This document shows, piece after piece, positions 34,468 to 46,938 of a stretch of 64,000 bases of DNA. The DNA comes from Convolutriloba macropyga. Its lineage: Eukaryota. Both the position numbers and the translations under genes were made by a program. The stretch spans positions 1-64,000 of the forward strand of contig NW_027450442.1 of assembly GCF_964194025.1 (NCBI RefSeq). Reading direction: 5' to 3'. The notes beneath the pieces were generated by a model that saw only the letters and a program-made list of their open reading frames with translations, was not told where the DNA came from and did not search any database. Each line of letters begins with the position of its first letter. Position 1 is the first letter of the stretch.

Positions 34468-37400
34468 CTAAATCAAACTAAGATTGAACTTGAAAGATTT
34501 GAGATTAGAATTAAATTCAGAAACCGTTGGGTCTTTTAGAAACTCATTCCAGAAATGATTTTTTATTATAGTTTTGAGAGCCCGCTTTTTAGGGATATTT
34601 CGCCTCAAGGTGAGAGGCAAATCGTTATACCAGTCAATTGCTTTTTTTGAAAAACAGTTTTGCATTATATTTGTTTTTTGGTTTGCTCCAAATGACAGCT
34701 TGTTTGTACGGTCATTCATTTTAGCACTTAGGATGGCTAACTTGAGTTCATCGAAAGCTGGTAGATCTGCTTTTAGAAGCTTTATAAAATATATAATAAC
34801 CCGATACTTTATGAGGTATTCTACTGGTAAAATTTTGTGTTTGATCTTGAGATCAGTGGTCCTGTCAAATTTGGTTTTATTGAAACGTGCCTTTATTCCC
34901 CAGTTCAATTGTTTATTTAGATTAACTCGAAGTGATTTTTTAAGACCTGAGAACAGAACAATTGGGTAATGCAGATGACTTAAAACAAGAGCGTTCAGTA
35001 AAGCAGATCTAGTTTTTTCAGGAAACATATTTTTGATGGAATAAATGACCTTTATGCCAACAGCGATTTTTCTTAGCACAATTTTTATTTCTTCATCGAA
35101 AGAAAGATTACAGTCAATATGAAATCCCAAGTATTTCACAACTTTTTTCTCGAGAACTGTACATCCGTTAACAACTATTTCTTCGATTTTGTTTCTTTTA
35201 GGGGCTCCAAAAATAATGAATTCGGTTTTGCTTTCATTTACATTTAACTCATTTTTCCTAAAAAAGTGAATGAGTTTAGCAATACTTTTTTCAAGATGTA
35301 ACTTTGATTCATCAATTGTTTTTCCACTGCAAAAGATAAAAGTATTATCAGCGTACGGGGTTATATTAGAATTAACATCAGTATCATCTTTCATATCATT
35401 TACATATATGTTGAAAAGCAGTGGGCCTAGCACAGTACCTTGTGGTACTCCACGGTTAAGTGCTATCCATTTTGATTCATACTTCGAGAATTTGACTTTT
35501 TGCACACGGTTTTCTAGATAAGATTTTAGAATTGTATTTGCTTGTGCACTAAAACCTAAAAGTTAAGTTTTGTGCAGAAGAATAGGATGTGATATCGAAT
35601 CAAAAGCTTTAGATAGGTCCAAAAAAAGGTCCTGTGACTATGTTTTTTTTATTGAGATCATATCTGATTTTTTCAGTGCAATATAAAAGAGCAACTGTAG
35701 TTCACAATTGTTTTCTGTATCCAAACTGTGTTGTTGCAAGCAATTTATTCTTCTCTAAATAGGCTAATATTTGATCTTGAAGAAGGATTTCAAAAATTTT
35801 AGCTAGAGCTCCAGTAAGCGAAATTGGTCGATAATTTATCGGATCTTCAGGATCATCTTTCTTGAAAAGAGGCAACACGTGGGCACGCTTAAGGTGGTCA
35901 GGAAAGCGTTGTTCGGTTAAGAATTGGTTGAACAAAACAACAGAGAGGTTCAGCTCTGTGATCTCTTGCATCTTTTAAAGCCCAAGCTGGAATGAGTGAT
36001 GAACCCAACGGTTTTTTAACATTTAAATTGTTGAGTATATCAAATATCTCCTTGGTTGTCGTTTACCTGAATATAAATTTGTTACTGTTGCGTGCCGGAT
36101 TATTACAAAATTGATACTGTTCTTTTTTTACCAAAATATTCACCTAACGCTGAAAATTTATAGTTGAGAAGATTGGCAATATCATTTCCATTGGTCAAAA
36201 CCGTTCCAAAACTGTTTTTGAGTCTTGGTATTTCTGTCTGTGTTTTTTCACAGTTTCTGATTTCGTTGATAAAATTCCACCTTTCTCTTGTACCTTTTAA
36301 GTTTTGAAACACATCTAGCAGATGTTTTTCATTTTCCTGCTTCAAAACATTTTTGTTCTTTTTATTTGATGTCTTTGCAAACTTTTTTACTGTGTTTTTT
36401 GATATCCATTGTTGATGTAGCGTTAGTTTAGGCTTGTCATGGCGTATGAAGACGGTCTTTTGTGGAGCATGCTTTTTAATTACCGTTTCCAATGACGAAC
36501 AAAAGTTTTTATACATGATTTCATGATTTTCTGATAAATAAAATGATATCCAATTTATCTTTCCAATATCTAGGGAAAAAGCATTTTTAGAGTAGTTTGT
36601 TTTATCAAACACAATTTTTTTGATAGCTTCTTTTTTATATTTAAGGGTTTCACCAATTAAAGTAAGCGGGGCTGAGTGATCACTTTTTAGAATCGAGTCT
36701 AGTGTCTGGAAACTAAAAAAATTTTCGCATATAACATAGTCTATTAGCGACTTCGTTCTTGACGTTTCTCTTGTTGCTAAAGTTTTATTTGAATTCAATA
36801 ACCGTACGTCAAGATCAGAGTTTCTAGGAGATTTCTTTCATTGCAATTAAATTAATTAAGGTTGTTGTCACCTAGTAGAAAAATTTTTTTATTTTCACTC
36901 GCTGCTCTATCTAAACCCAGGGCTAGCTCTTCCAAAAACAAATTTATTAGTTGTTTTTTTTTGGACAGTAAGCCAAATTTATCAACGCGGGCTTTTTATT
37001 TATTTTACACTCTACCCAAACACTTTCAAAATGGTTTTTTGACATTGTCTCTAGATCATTTCGTTTTTTGGATGAAATTTTTCCAGAACAAACAAAAGAA
37101 TACCACCGCCTTTATTTTTCTCTTGAAGATCAGTACGTCAGTCGCATCTGAAGGACACTAAGTATTCTGAGTGTATCGACCAAAACGGAATATCGTTAAT
37201 TGATTTCAACCACGTTTCTGGGAAGCCCGAAATACAGTTGTCACCTAGGTCAGTTAGAAAATTCTTAAGGAGCAACCTTTGTCCAAGCACTCTTTGACAA
37301 TTTTGATGTAGAAACTTTACTTGATCGTTGTATTTTTCATTAAGGTGGTAAACTGCCTGTAATTGAGAGGTGGCCCTGGGTTTAATTCTACGTCACCTGA

Positions 37401-37619
37401 CAAAAACAAAAAAAATCTAATCACAACCAAGGAGTAAAGAAAATTATTTAACAGGCAGGTAAAAATGATCTTGTTTTTTGGATACGCATTATTATTAGAC
37501 ATGCACGATGACATCCTCTCACTCTCAGGATTTATTGGTGTAGTAGTGAAGACCCAGTTCCTTTTTGATGTGATTACACACAAAATAAGAAGCAGAATAA
37601 AGTGGAACTGAAGCTTCAT
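34468..37619 (-). pseudogene. LINE A ORF2 (AP endonuclease and reverse transcriptase), fragmented
   Basis: ORF pieces 37317-37619, 36103-36798, 35702-35971 and 34468-35505 in APE-RT order. Confidence 0.92.
37371..37397 (-). other. 2A-like (StopGo) peptide motif GDVELNPGP at the N-terminus of ORF2
   Basis: Exact D(V/I)ExNPGP consensus preceded by hydrophobic FFLFLSG. Confidence 0.85.
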
Positions 37620-37685
37620 TTTGAAACAATAAAAATAAAAGAAGACAAATGAAACTAGGAATATTCAGCAAAACAATTATCTCGA

Positions 37686-38198
37686 CTAGTATTGACCTCT
37701 CATATAATTGTAACTCTGTCTCCAATGATTGCGGTATTTTGGGTTTTGGTTTGGATTACGTTGGTTGTTATTCAGAGCTATTAAATTATTGGATTTGGGA
37801 AGCAATTGAGAAAGCACACAATTTTTTAAAAAAGGGACACCTTGTTTGTAATGGAAATGCAAATCATCATAATACAAACTATCATAGCTTGGCATGGCTT
37901 TCATGAGGTCGTACACAATTGCAACTTTATAATTTTCATCACCTGCTAATGCATTTGTTTTATTATTAAAAAGTTTAATGCGCTCATTAATATGTTCGTT
38001 TTTTGGCAGATTACGAATTGGTGGCACTTGCATTAGTAAAATATTCTCAGGAGACAGCGTGTTTCTTGTTAAATCAACCAAATCTGTATATTTCTCAAAC
38101 AACTCGTCAATGTTTTTTTGTTTTTCTTTCAGAATTGAATTCGTCCCGTCCTGAATGAGAACTGTTTTGATCACTGTTTTTGGCAATTGTTTGCCCAA
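37686..38198 (-). pseudogene. LINE A ORF1 C-terminal SGNH/GDSL esterase-like domain
   Basis: VLIQDGTNSI (block III-like), LMQVPP, RIKLFN, YDDLHF (block V DxxH). Confidence 0.8.
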
Positions 38199-38509
38199 AA
38201 CAGTGATCCCAGAACTGTTTTGCCCAGAACTTTTTTACGTAAATTAAAAAAGTTTCATCAAAAAAAAGTTACTTAAAAAATTAATGATTCCACAAACGTA
38301 AAAAACATTGTTCCAGTTAGAATACCCCGTTCTATCAACTCAAATGCACATCCAGAGCAGTCATTTGAATCACAATAGGCCAACAATTTATGCTCTTTAC
38401 AAAGTGAAAGAATGATTTATTGTTGCTTAAGGCCCTTAACGGTTATTGAATACTATCAACACTTAGTTTCCATCTTGATACCCCGCTTTTAATGATTAAA
38501 TCGACGGAT

Positions 38510-41127
38510 TATGCGCACGTTTTTTCCGACCCCTCTTGAGGGGGAAGGAACTATATGCTCAAATGGGTTTTTTTTTGTTCAGTCAATTTTGGCCAATCGA
38601 TATATTCATCGTAGAGAGTTGAGAGTGGTATCATTAGAAAGCTTGTCCACCGTAGAATATAGAATTAAAAAGATTTTTTTCACTTTCGTTTTTTACGGAG
38701 AGATATCGAGGTTTCGATTTTGAGAAAATAGAGTGAATTCCAGTGAGATTTTATTCCCTTTTTCCGGAATTTTTGAATAAAACTTCGCCAATTTTGTTAA
38801 AAATTGTTAAATTTTTCAGAAAGTGTTGTTAATTTTTACTTGTAATGACACAAAAAATTGTAGGCTATTTTTAATAAATTTTTTGTCAACAATTCAGGCT
38901 AAATATTTCAATATAAAGACTTTTTCATAAAAGACAGCCCGAAATAAGATTTTTTAGTCCAGTTTGATTAAATTTACAGGAAGAAGAGACCCAAACAGCA
39001 CTAACACAATCTTTGTAGACCCAAAGGAGGGCTTTTTCTACCTCAAATTTCGTTGAGAGTGCTCTGTAACTGAAACTTTGCCGTTTTCTGCTAATTTTAT
39101 TCGTTGATTATCAAAAACGCAAAATCTATTTTAACTAACAAAATATCAATATCTATAACATTCGAATAACTAAGTGTTCCTAATGGACAAACAACATTAG
39201 CAGGGCTAGTTTCGGACCAATCGTGGACTGGTATAATCCAAAAATAATTCGGATCAAAATCAGTCGGTCTTTTTCTTAAAAAAAGTTTGATCTTTTCTAC
39301 AATAATTAAGTAACAACAGAACATTTAAAACCAAAGCTCACTGATGATAGTTTCAATTGGTTTCCTTTTTAGCTCCATAATATTGTGTCTAGTTGATTAC
39401 TCGACAGCTTATGGTCGTTTTGACTTTTAAAAGTATTTGATTTTTAAGTTGCCTTGAAGTTGCCTCTATTTTTCTCTTACTTTGATCAACTGGTAGTTTA
39501 TTGTAAGCAACGAAAGAATGCTTCTTTTTTCTTTTTGAAATCAAATTTAACAATTATGGCGGCTTTATGCCTTAAGATATGGTTCTCTGGATATGACACT
39601 ACTAGATTTCACTTTTTAAAAAAATTTTTATGTATTTGCGTTGCGCATTTTTCACGTTTTCTAGTTTTGTCACATAATCACGTTATTGACAGTTCATATA
39701 TAACATTATGGGATTTCAAAATAAAGCAGAATTGATAAAACTTAAAACCTTGAAGATATAGATTATGAATTTATCGGCTTCGACACTACTTTCTCGAAGA
39801 ATTTATTTGAATTTTTTAAAAATTGTCTTTAAGTGCCGCTTTTACTTTGTCTTTTTAGTCGTATCAAATTCCCTGTACAATGACCCAGTTTCATTGGTTT
39901 TTTAATGGACGAATGGATGAGCCAATATTCTGATATTAGTAGATAGCTGAAGGCCTTCATGACTCTGAAAACAATTGTTTTCCAAGTTAAAAAAAAACTT
40001 TTTAACTTCGCAATTTTGTTGCTTTTTTTGTCTGTTTGTTATCTAATCTCGTTATTTACAGGCCAAATATGACATTATTTTTTGCCGAAGGAAGGTTTCA
40101 AAAGGGTATTGGTTTCACACAATCTAATATATTTGGAGAATTCGTTATGACTTTATTGGCTTCGACACGGTTTCTTCAGAAGAGAAATCAAATTAATTTT
40201 TGATTTGACGTTTTTTTGTAGACGGAAAACATGTTCTGGATAATTGCAATTCTCTGGGGTTTTGGATGAATAAAAGAACCTATTTAGATATTTCATTCTG
40301 TAATTAATGGCGTTCATGTCTTTGGAAAAATTTTTCTCGAAAAAAATTAAAATGTTACTTCATTTTGCACTTTTTTAAAAAATTTATTCCACCTGTTACC
40401 TAGCTTCATTAATGAGAGGTCACATAATCGTTTATCGGTGCTCGCAAAAAATGCAATTATCATATTTTGATGGCCATATTATGGTTTTACCGTTTCGAAA
40501 TCCTTTTCTGCCAAGCTTTAATTGATTTTTTTGTTTGTTTTCTATTTGTTGTTCTTTTTGTAACCGCATTAAAAAATTGAATACTGGCAGTTCTTAATTC
40601 CTTCTATAGAAGCATTGGTAATCATACACATATGAAATTTTTAGTTGGTTTCTAATGGTTTTCATTACTATGAAATTAATTGTTTAAAAAAAAATAAGCG
40701 AATTTTTCAATTTTACTGTTTTTGTTCTTTATTGTCTAACTGTTACCAACTTTTTTCATTGACTAGTCCCATATCTTTTCTGGTGAAATACAAGTTTTTT
40801 TTGTTTATTATCAGTTTTATCTGACGCAATTTTGACTTTCTTATTAAGCTTTGTTTTTTAAAACGGACATGAAGTTCTTGATGTAATTAATTTTTGTTGT
40901 TGTTGTTGTTGTTGTTTGATTTTGCTGTTCGTTTTGACTCGCTTTCTTACTATTTGCACATCTCATCAATCTAATGAACCATTTTTACTCCATCACTAAG
41001 TTATTTGCTTTGGAGGCTATCTTTTCGTTCATACACCAATTTTTTTAAAAAAATAATTGAAATTTTGGGTTTTTCTATGTTCCTCATCAAAATTGTGGAT
41101 GAGCGGGGTCGGAACCTTATGCGCGAT
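38510..41127. mobile_element. Possible old non-autonomous DNA element with degenerate internal repeats of about 350-380 bp
   Basis: Weak inverted ends (GCGCA...TTCCGACCCC at 38514-38535 vs GGGGTCGGAA...TGCGC at 41105-41124); recurring anchors GGCTTCGACAC (39776, 40158) and TGTTA(C/T)C (40037, 40394, 40741). Confidence 0.35.
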
Positions 41128-41849
41128 CGCACATTACCGAGTTGCCTTGTTGACTTTAGTCTGAGGTTTCTATGAAACGTTCCCCGCTTTTAACTCAAGA
41201 AAATCAAGCGTCTTGGAGGACTGATTTTTAAGATTGCAAAACCACCTAGGTTTCCGTCTGTTACTTGAACGTTTTTCTTCTATTAAATGCCATTAAACTT
41301 ATTTGCTGTGACCTTGCAATTTTCGTTCAAAGCTGATGAGAGGATTTCGAGGGACCGAGGTTTTTTGCTGAAGTATTACGAGTACTTCCTAGAGAAACTC
41401 GTCAAAGACTTGGCGCCAACAATTATATTAGTTGCAAAATTTATCGTTTCCCACAAAAACTCAATAATGCAAACTAAACAGGGGCTTATTTTCTTAACCT
41501 GCTCTTGTATTACTAACCCTAGTTACGAAACTGGATCATACACCTGCCTACTCTCAGAATTGCGATTTCGTGAGGTCATGCGTCAATATTTGTCTTCAAT
41601 TGCTCCTCGCTACAAGTATTGGACGGTATTTGTTAGGGTTATTGGTCAGAGTTTCAAAAATTTGGATGTATTTTTGTAACTTTGTAATTTGTGTATTGAT
41701 TTTTTTGATAAGTTTGTATTGCTTTGAACTTAACTAAGTACTATACTTAATACTTAGTTAAGGAAATAGAAGTCAAATAGACTTGTCAAATATATAAACA
41801 CGAAATTGAACACGAAAATGATGAAAATTTATCATGGACTCATACATAT

Positions 41850-41888
41850 ACAAACACACACACACACACACAAACACGCAAACAAACA
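41850..41888 (+). repeat. (CA)n-rich microsatellite
   Basis: ACAAACACACACACACACACACAAACACGCAAAC. Confidence 0.85.
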
Positions 41889-42247
41889 GGAACATTTTTT
41901 TGATGCTCAAAAGTCAAAAAGCAAAGTCAGCAGCGTAAATTTATATGAACGAACACGCTGATAGATTTTTTTTCTCTGTTCACATTCTTCATTGAGAACG
42001 TTATCTGACAAAGACCTCTTTTTTTGTTTTTGCGATAAAGCAAACAAGTTTTTTTTCTTCTACAATCAAACCGAATTATTGGGTATTCTATATCTGGACT
42101 TCAAACTGGTGAGACCAAACCAATTTAACCTTTAATTTAATATAGCCTCATTTTCAGGACGCGTCTTTTTTTTCTGGTTTATGCTGGAATAACTGAAACC
42201 AATCACCCTAAAGCATAGATATCAATAAGACAGACACTATTTCGGGT

Positions 42248-43121
42248 TTGTCAAAATGGACAAAAGAGAAACTAGTAAGCGCGGTGATGCAACTAAGAAA
42301 TCAAAGAAGGGAGTCATTTAACTTAGCAAACAAGAATCAAGACAATAACCAAGAATTGGATAGACTTAAGCTCGAATTGGAACATCAGAAAGAACTTTAT
42401 AATCAAGCTCAATATGAGATTCAATTTTTGAGGAGTCAGAATGATAAATTAAAATCAAATTTAATTAGCGAAAAAACAGTAGAAAAAGATGGCGTGAAAT
42501 CTACTGTCAACCGTCATTTTTATCCAAATTTTGTTCCTCGTTTCACAAAACAGTTATTTATTTCTGACAGCTCGTATAAACTGGTTCGCCAAAATGACAT
42601 CAGTAATGATGCTGCCATTTATTCTTATCCATCTTCGACAATAAAAGACCTCAATAATATCATTGACAATTATGCGCCATCAACAAAAGCAGAATGTCTG
42701 ATTATTCATTCAGGACATAATTCCATTGATCGAGGTACGGCAGGAGAAGATGCCGCTAAAGAGTTGGGAGTCGTTTTTATCGAAGTGCGTTAATAAATTA
42801 AAGCCCTACAAAGTAGCGATTTGTAAATTACCCAAGGTAAAAAACGGCAGTCTTGGACGCGAAACTAACAATAATGAAATAACCAAATTTAACCAGGCTT
42901 TAGACGATATAGCAGATGGTTTAAGCGGCGAGTTCCAAAATACCGACATAAAAGTTCTGGATTATAATTTGGAAAAAACATATATTCGAAATGATGGCAT
43001 TCATTCTGATCAAAATGGAATCCAGAAAATGGTTTTTAGCTTAAGAAATTACATATCAAGTGTGGGGTATCAACCTTCTGTCAGCAACGTATCTATGAGA
43101 CGAAGGCTACGAAAAACATAA
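42248..43121 (+). pseudogene. LINE B ORF1: coiled coil plus SGNH esterase-like domain, one frameshift near 42775
   Basis: Heptad-like ELDRLKLELEHQKELYNQAQYEIQFLRSQNDKLK; LFISDSS (block I), IHSGHNSI (block III), RNDGIH (block V). Confidence 0.88.
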
Positions 43122-43134
43122 GACAAACGCAAAC

Positions 43135-46048
43135 TTGCATCCATGTTTTGAATACACAAATATTAGAAGCGTTAACAACAAACACGAAGAAATTTCGGAT
43201 TTTTTGCAGCAGCAGAACAGACAAACATGCTTTATTGTTACTGAAACATGGATTAAAGATAATCAGAAGATACCCATGATTTTTTTCAGCAACAATAACC
43301 ACTTTGTTCATCAAAGCAGATCAAAATTGACGCAGTTAACGAGAGGTGGTCGAGTAGGAATATGGGTACCAAATACATTCAAACATAAAATACGGAATGA
43401 TCTCAACTCTATTAACAGAAGTTTTTTTGAATCACTATGGCTTGAAATACAAGCACCGTTTAAGGAAAAACTTCTAGTAAACGTTTCTTATTGTTCCAAC
43501 AAAAACTTGGGCGAATTTTTTCTAGAAGAGTTGACATCAGAAATTTCAGGCGCATATTCAATAACAGATATTGTAATACTATTTGGAGACTATAACATCA
43601 ATTTTTTCAATCAAAGAGAAAGAGAGTTATTGACAGAATTTGCTTTCACCAATGGGCTTGATATAGTAAATAAAAATACTCCAATCTGAACAAATGGAAA
43701 TCAGGAAACACTGATTGATCACTGTTTAACAACAAAACACCAAATTTTGGATACAACTGTTATCGAGCAGTTATTTGGAAGTGATCATTTTACACAAATT
43801 TTCCTTTCGTCACTGGATATCGATTATGAAAACAACAAAACGCAGTGGTTTACAGGGATACTAGCCAATTTAGTAGAGTTATTCTTAACAAAACAATTGC
43901 ATCCGCGGATTGGAGTCCCATGTATCAACAAAACAATGCAAACTCAACTTTTGAAAAATTCTCAAATATGTTTGAAATTATTCTGAATAATGTAGCTCAC
44001 ATTAAAATAGGAGAGCCATCGTCAAAGTCAACAAAAAAGAAATGGTTATCCAGAGAAATATTGAATTTTATCAGCGAAATGCAAAGGTTTTTCAATATTT
44101 GGAAGGAAAAAAGACGTTGACACATATAGCTCATACAAAAGAATAAGAAACCATACAACCAGACTACTTAGAAGAGCGAGTCACAGTTATTCACAGAGAT
44201 TGTTCGAAAAACTTCCCGATTTAAAACAACAGTGGAAATTCATTAAAACAAAGATTAAACACGAGGATAAAAACAGCGAAATTTCTAGAATTCGCGAAAT
44301 TTCTAGAATTCGGTTCAAACAAGATATTTTAAAAGACAAAAAAGAAATCGCTAACACAATTAATATTTGTTTTTCTAAATTAGGTTTATACGATGGCAAG
44401 ACAGAAAAAGTTGAGCTACCGGACTATGATTTTGACAAAACTGAGTTTTCCTTCAGACATATAACGAGAAAAGAACTGTTTACTGTAATTGATCAATTAC
44501 CACAAAACAAAGCAGCGGGTCCTGGATTACTTACTACATGGTCCTTCAAGTGTAGCAAAATGTCTATTGGAACACATCTTCAGTTTGCAATAAACGAATG
44601 CATATCAAAAAGTGTTTTTCCCGATGTACTTAAAAAAGCATATGTAACTCCAATTTACAAAAAAGGTGATCCACTGGAAGCAGAAAACTACCGACCAATT
44701 TCAGTTACACCGACTCTTGCAAAAATTTTTGAAAGACTTTTGCTCCAACAAATGCTAGAACATGTTGAAAAGTATGAAATAATCACTAAAAATCAGTTTG
44801 GGTTTCTGAAAAGAAAATCTTCGAATGATACAGAAATATCGTTGACAGAATCAGTGGACAGTTTGTTAGAAGAAAACGAAACCGTTGTTAGTATTTTCAT
44901 GGATTTGGCCAAAGTTTTTAACTCAATATCTCACAAAATTTTTCTCGAAAAAATTGCAAAAAATGGATTTAGTACGGAATCAATTGCAATGCTAGAATCG
45001 TTTTTATCTAACAGAAAACAATGCGTAAAGAACGGCATTGAATATTCGAACTGGGTGACAATCAATCACGGAGTACCTCAAGGAACAGTTCTCGGACCTT
45101 TAATTTTTATACTTTATTTCAACGATTTCCCAGAAAAAATGAAAAAAGAGAGGACGTTTTACAGTTTGCAGATGACACATGCATTCTTTGTCATTCCAAA
45201 TCTGATGAAAATCTGTTATGCGAAATTAACAGTGTATTTGAAAATACTGACAGTTATATGAGGCAAAATATGCTAACCTTAAACAGAGATAAAACAGAAA
45301 TTGTGATTTTTTCAAAAAATGGTGAATCAAAAATTGAACAATTTCAATATAATGGAATTTTCATAGAGCCAAAAACAAGTTGTCGTTATTTAGGTATAAT
45401 GATTGATAGCAATCTAAATTTTGATATTCAGCTAAACAAAACGTTAACAAAAATGGCAAATGCTATTAGGTCAATTTACTTAGTAAGACATTTTCTACCA
45501 TTAAAAGCAAGAATCGGGCTGTTTAAATCACTTGTTTTGTCCCATCTCAATTTCAATGCCATTTTTTTTTTCAATCGTTGTCGGTTAAGTCACTTCAGAG
45601 AGTTAATAGACAAATAACTTGGGGAATAAAGGTTTGCCACCTGCGCAAAAATTTTGACAGCGCAAGAGATCTATTCTTGAAAGACAAAATTTTACCAGCA
45701 GAGCTTTTCATTAAAAACGTTTGTCTTCTTAAATTTTTTGACCTCTTCTCACAATATAAAGAGAGCAGTCGAGAAACCAAAAACTCCTCATTCAAGATTT
45801 TTGAAAAGTACGAACTGACCAATAACGCCAGAACTCTCCAGTACTTCCCAAAGAATAAGTGCCAATCCAAATGGAGTGACAGATCACTGATTAGAAATTT
45901 TTCTAGGAAGTGGAATAATTTGCCAATTGAAATCCGAAAAGAGAAAACTAATAAATTTAAGGAAAAACTAAGCAGCGAAATGGTCAAACTGCATGAACGT
46001 TTTCCAATAGATAGACAAATAACAGGCTTTAGAAGTTTGTTCTACTGA
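43135..46048 (+). pseudogene. LINE B ORF2 (CR1/L2-like AP endonuclease and reverse transcriptase), frameshifted
   Basis: YTNIRS, VTETW, RGGRVGIW, FGDYNI, LIDHC, GSDH (APE); NYRPIS, DLAKVFNSI, GVPQGTVLGP, LQFADDT, RYLGIMID (RT). 18-bp tandem duplication at about 44276-44311. Confidence 0.95.
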
Positions 46049-46128
46049 AGTATAAAGACCAAAATATTCATATATTTACGAAGCGATTTTGAAAATGTAA
46101 ATATTTAACCAAACGTTTTTATGGTTAA

Positions 46129-46311
46129 AAAACCAGCACTGCTTGGAAATGTCCCGACCCCTGCGAAATTTTAACGTATATAAAACGTCTTCTACGTACG
46201 TCCTCAATACTCATGCGCGGATTACCACATAAGCACACGTTCAAAATATCGGTCAAAGTTCAAAAGAATATCAAGGGAACACGATCGAAACACAGAAGAT
46301 TCCAGATTTGA
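46129..46311 (+). repeat. Module downstream of LINE B, homologous to 33895-34085 (inverted); contains TATATAAAA
   Basis: Direct alignment with the reverse complement of 33895-34085; TATA-like motif at 46177-46185. Confidence 0.88.
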
Positions 46312-46682
46312 CTGTATACGTAATCCTTCTATTTTTCAACCCTAGAAAATTTCACTATCTAGAACTGATATTCTTTAACTTTATGAAGTTCTTATACATT
46401 ATTAATGTTATTAATGTGAAATACTGCGCGCTAAGGAATGGAGATTAAGTGTAGCCAGGTAACGGATCTTGACCAATTCCACCTCCTAAAGGGATTAGGT
46501 TGGACATGGTTTCACTGTTCCTACGATTGAAAGCTCTTTTTTCACTCTCACCAATCTCTGACGATGGACGCCTCAAGAGTTCCCTTGTCTCAAATCTCTT
46601 CTCAAATAGTCTTTTTTGACTCGTTTTTAACCAATCAGAATTTTGTGAACAATCTTCCCGACAAAATTTGACCAGCAAATAT

Positions 46683-46688
46683 TTTATT
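46683..46688 (-). promoter_or_regulatory. Probable polyadenylation signal AATAAA of the LDLa gene
   Basis: About 115 nt downstream of the stop codon on the coding strand. Confidence 0.55.
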
Positions 46689-46802
46689 AAAAGCAACATT
46701 AATTATTCTAATGCATTTTTTTTCACAAGTTAACATTCAAAGTTCATTAGTTCATTATATATCTTCTCCAATGCCTGCATTAGTTTCTGTTGGTAATAGG
46801 TG

Positions 46803-46938
46803 CTACTGTTGACTAGCGTATAGACTGTCACACTTTTGGTCTATTTCGTCACTGAAGTCATTGCATGGCATTGCACGACAGCAGTCTGCTCTGAAGTTGC
46901 ACATAAGAGACCCGTCTATACATGTTCCATCCTCACAC
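46803..46938 (-). CDS. LDLa gene last coding exon: CEDGTCIDGSLMCNFRADCCRAMPCNDFSDEIDQKCDSLYASQQ* (not in ORF track)
   Basis: TTTTGTAG acceptor, in-frame TAG. Confidence 0.88.

Larger units (their letters stand above)
34090..38345 (-). mobile_element. CR1/L2-like non-LTR retrotransposon A (partial ORF1 with SGNH esterase, ORF2 APE-RT), degraded
   Basis: ORF1 DGTNS...VPPIRN...DDLHF; ORF2 GDVELNPGP leader, SLIDYV...KSDH (APE), NYRPISLTG, DLSKAFDSI, GVPQGTVLGPLLFNIYVND, YADN (mutated YADD), KYLG. Confidence 0.93.

Noticed and set aside
46210-46305. 5S rRNA- or U6-like fragments (CGGATTACCACATAAGCAC; GGAACACGATCGAAACACAGAAGATT) in the LINE-associated module
   Set aside because: Only short gapped resemblance; the rest of either RNA is missing. 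A covariance-model search would be needed.
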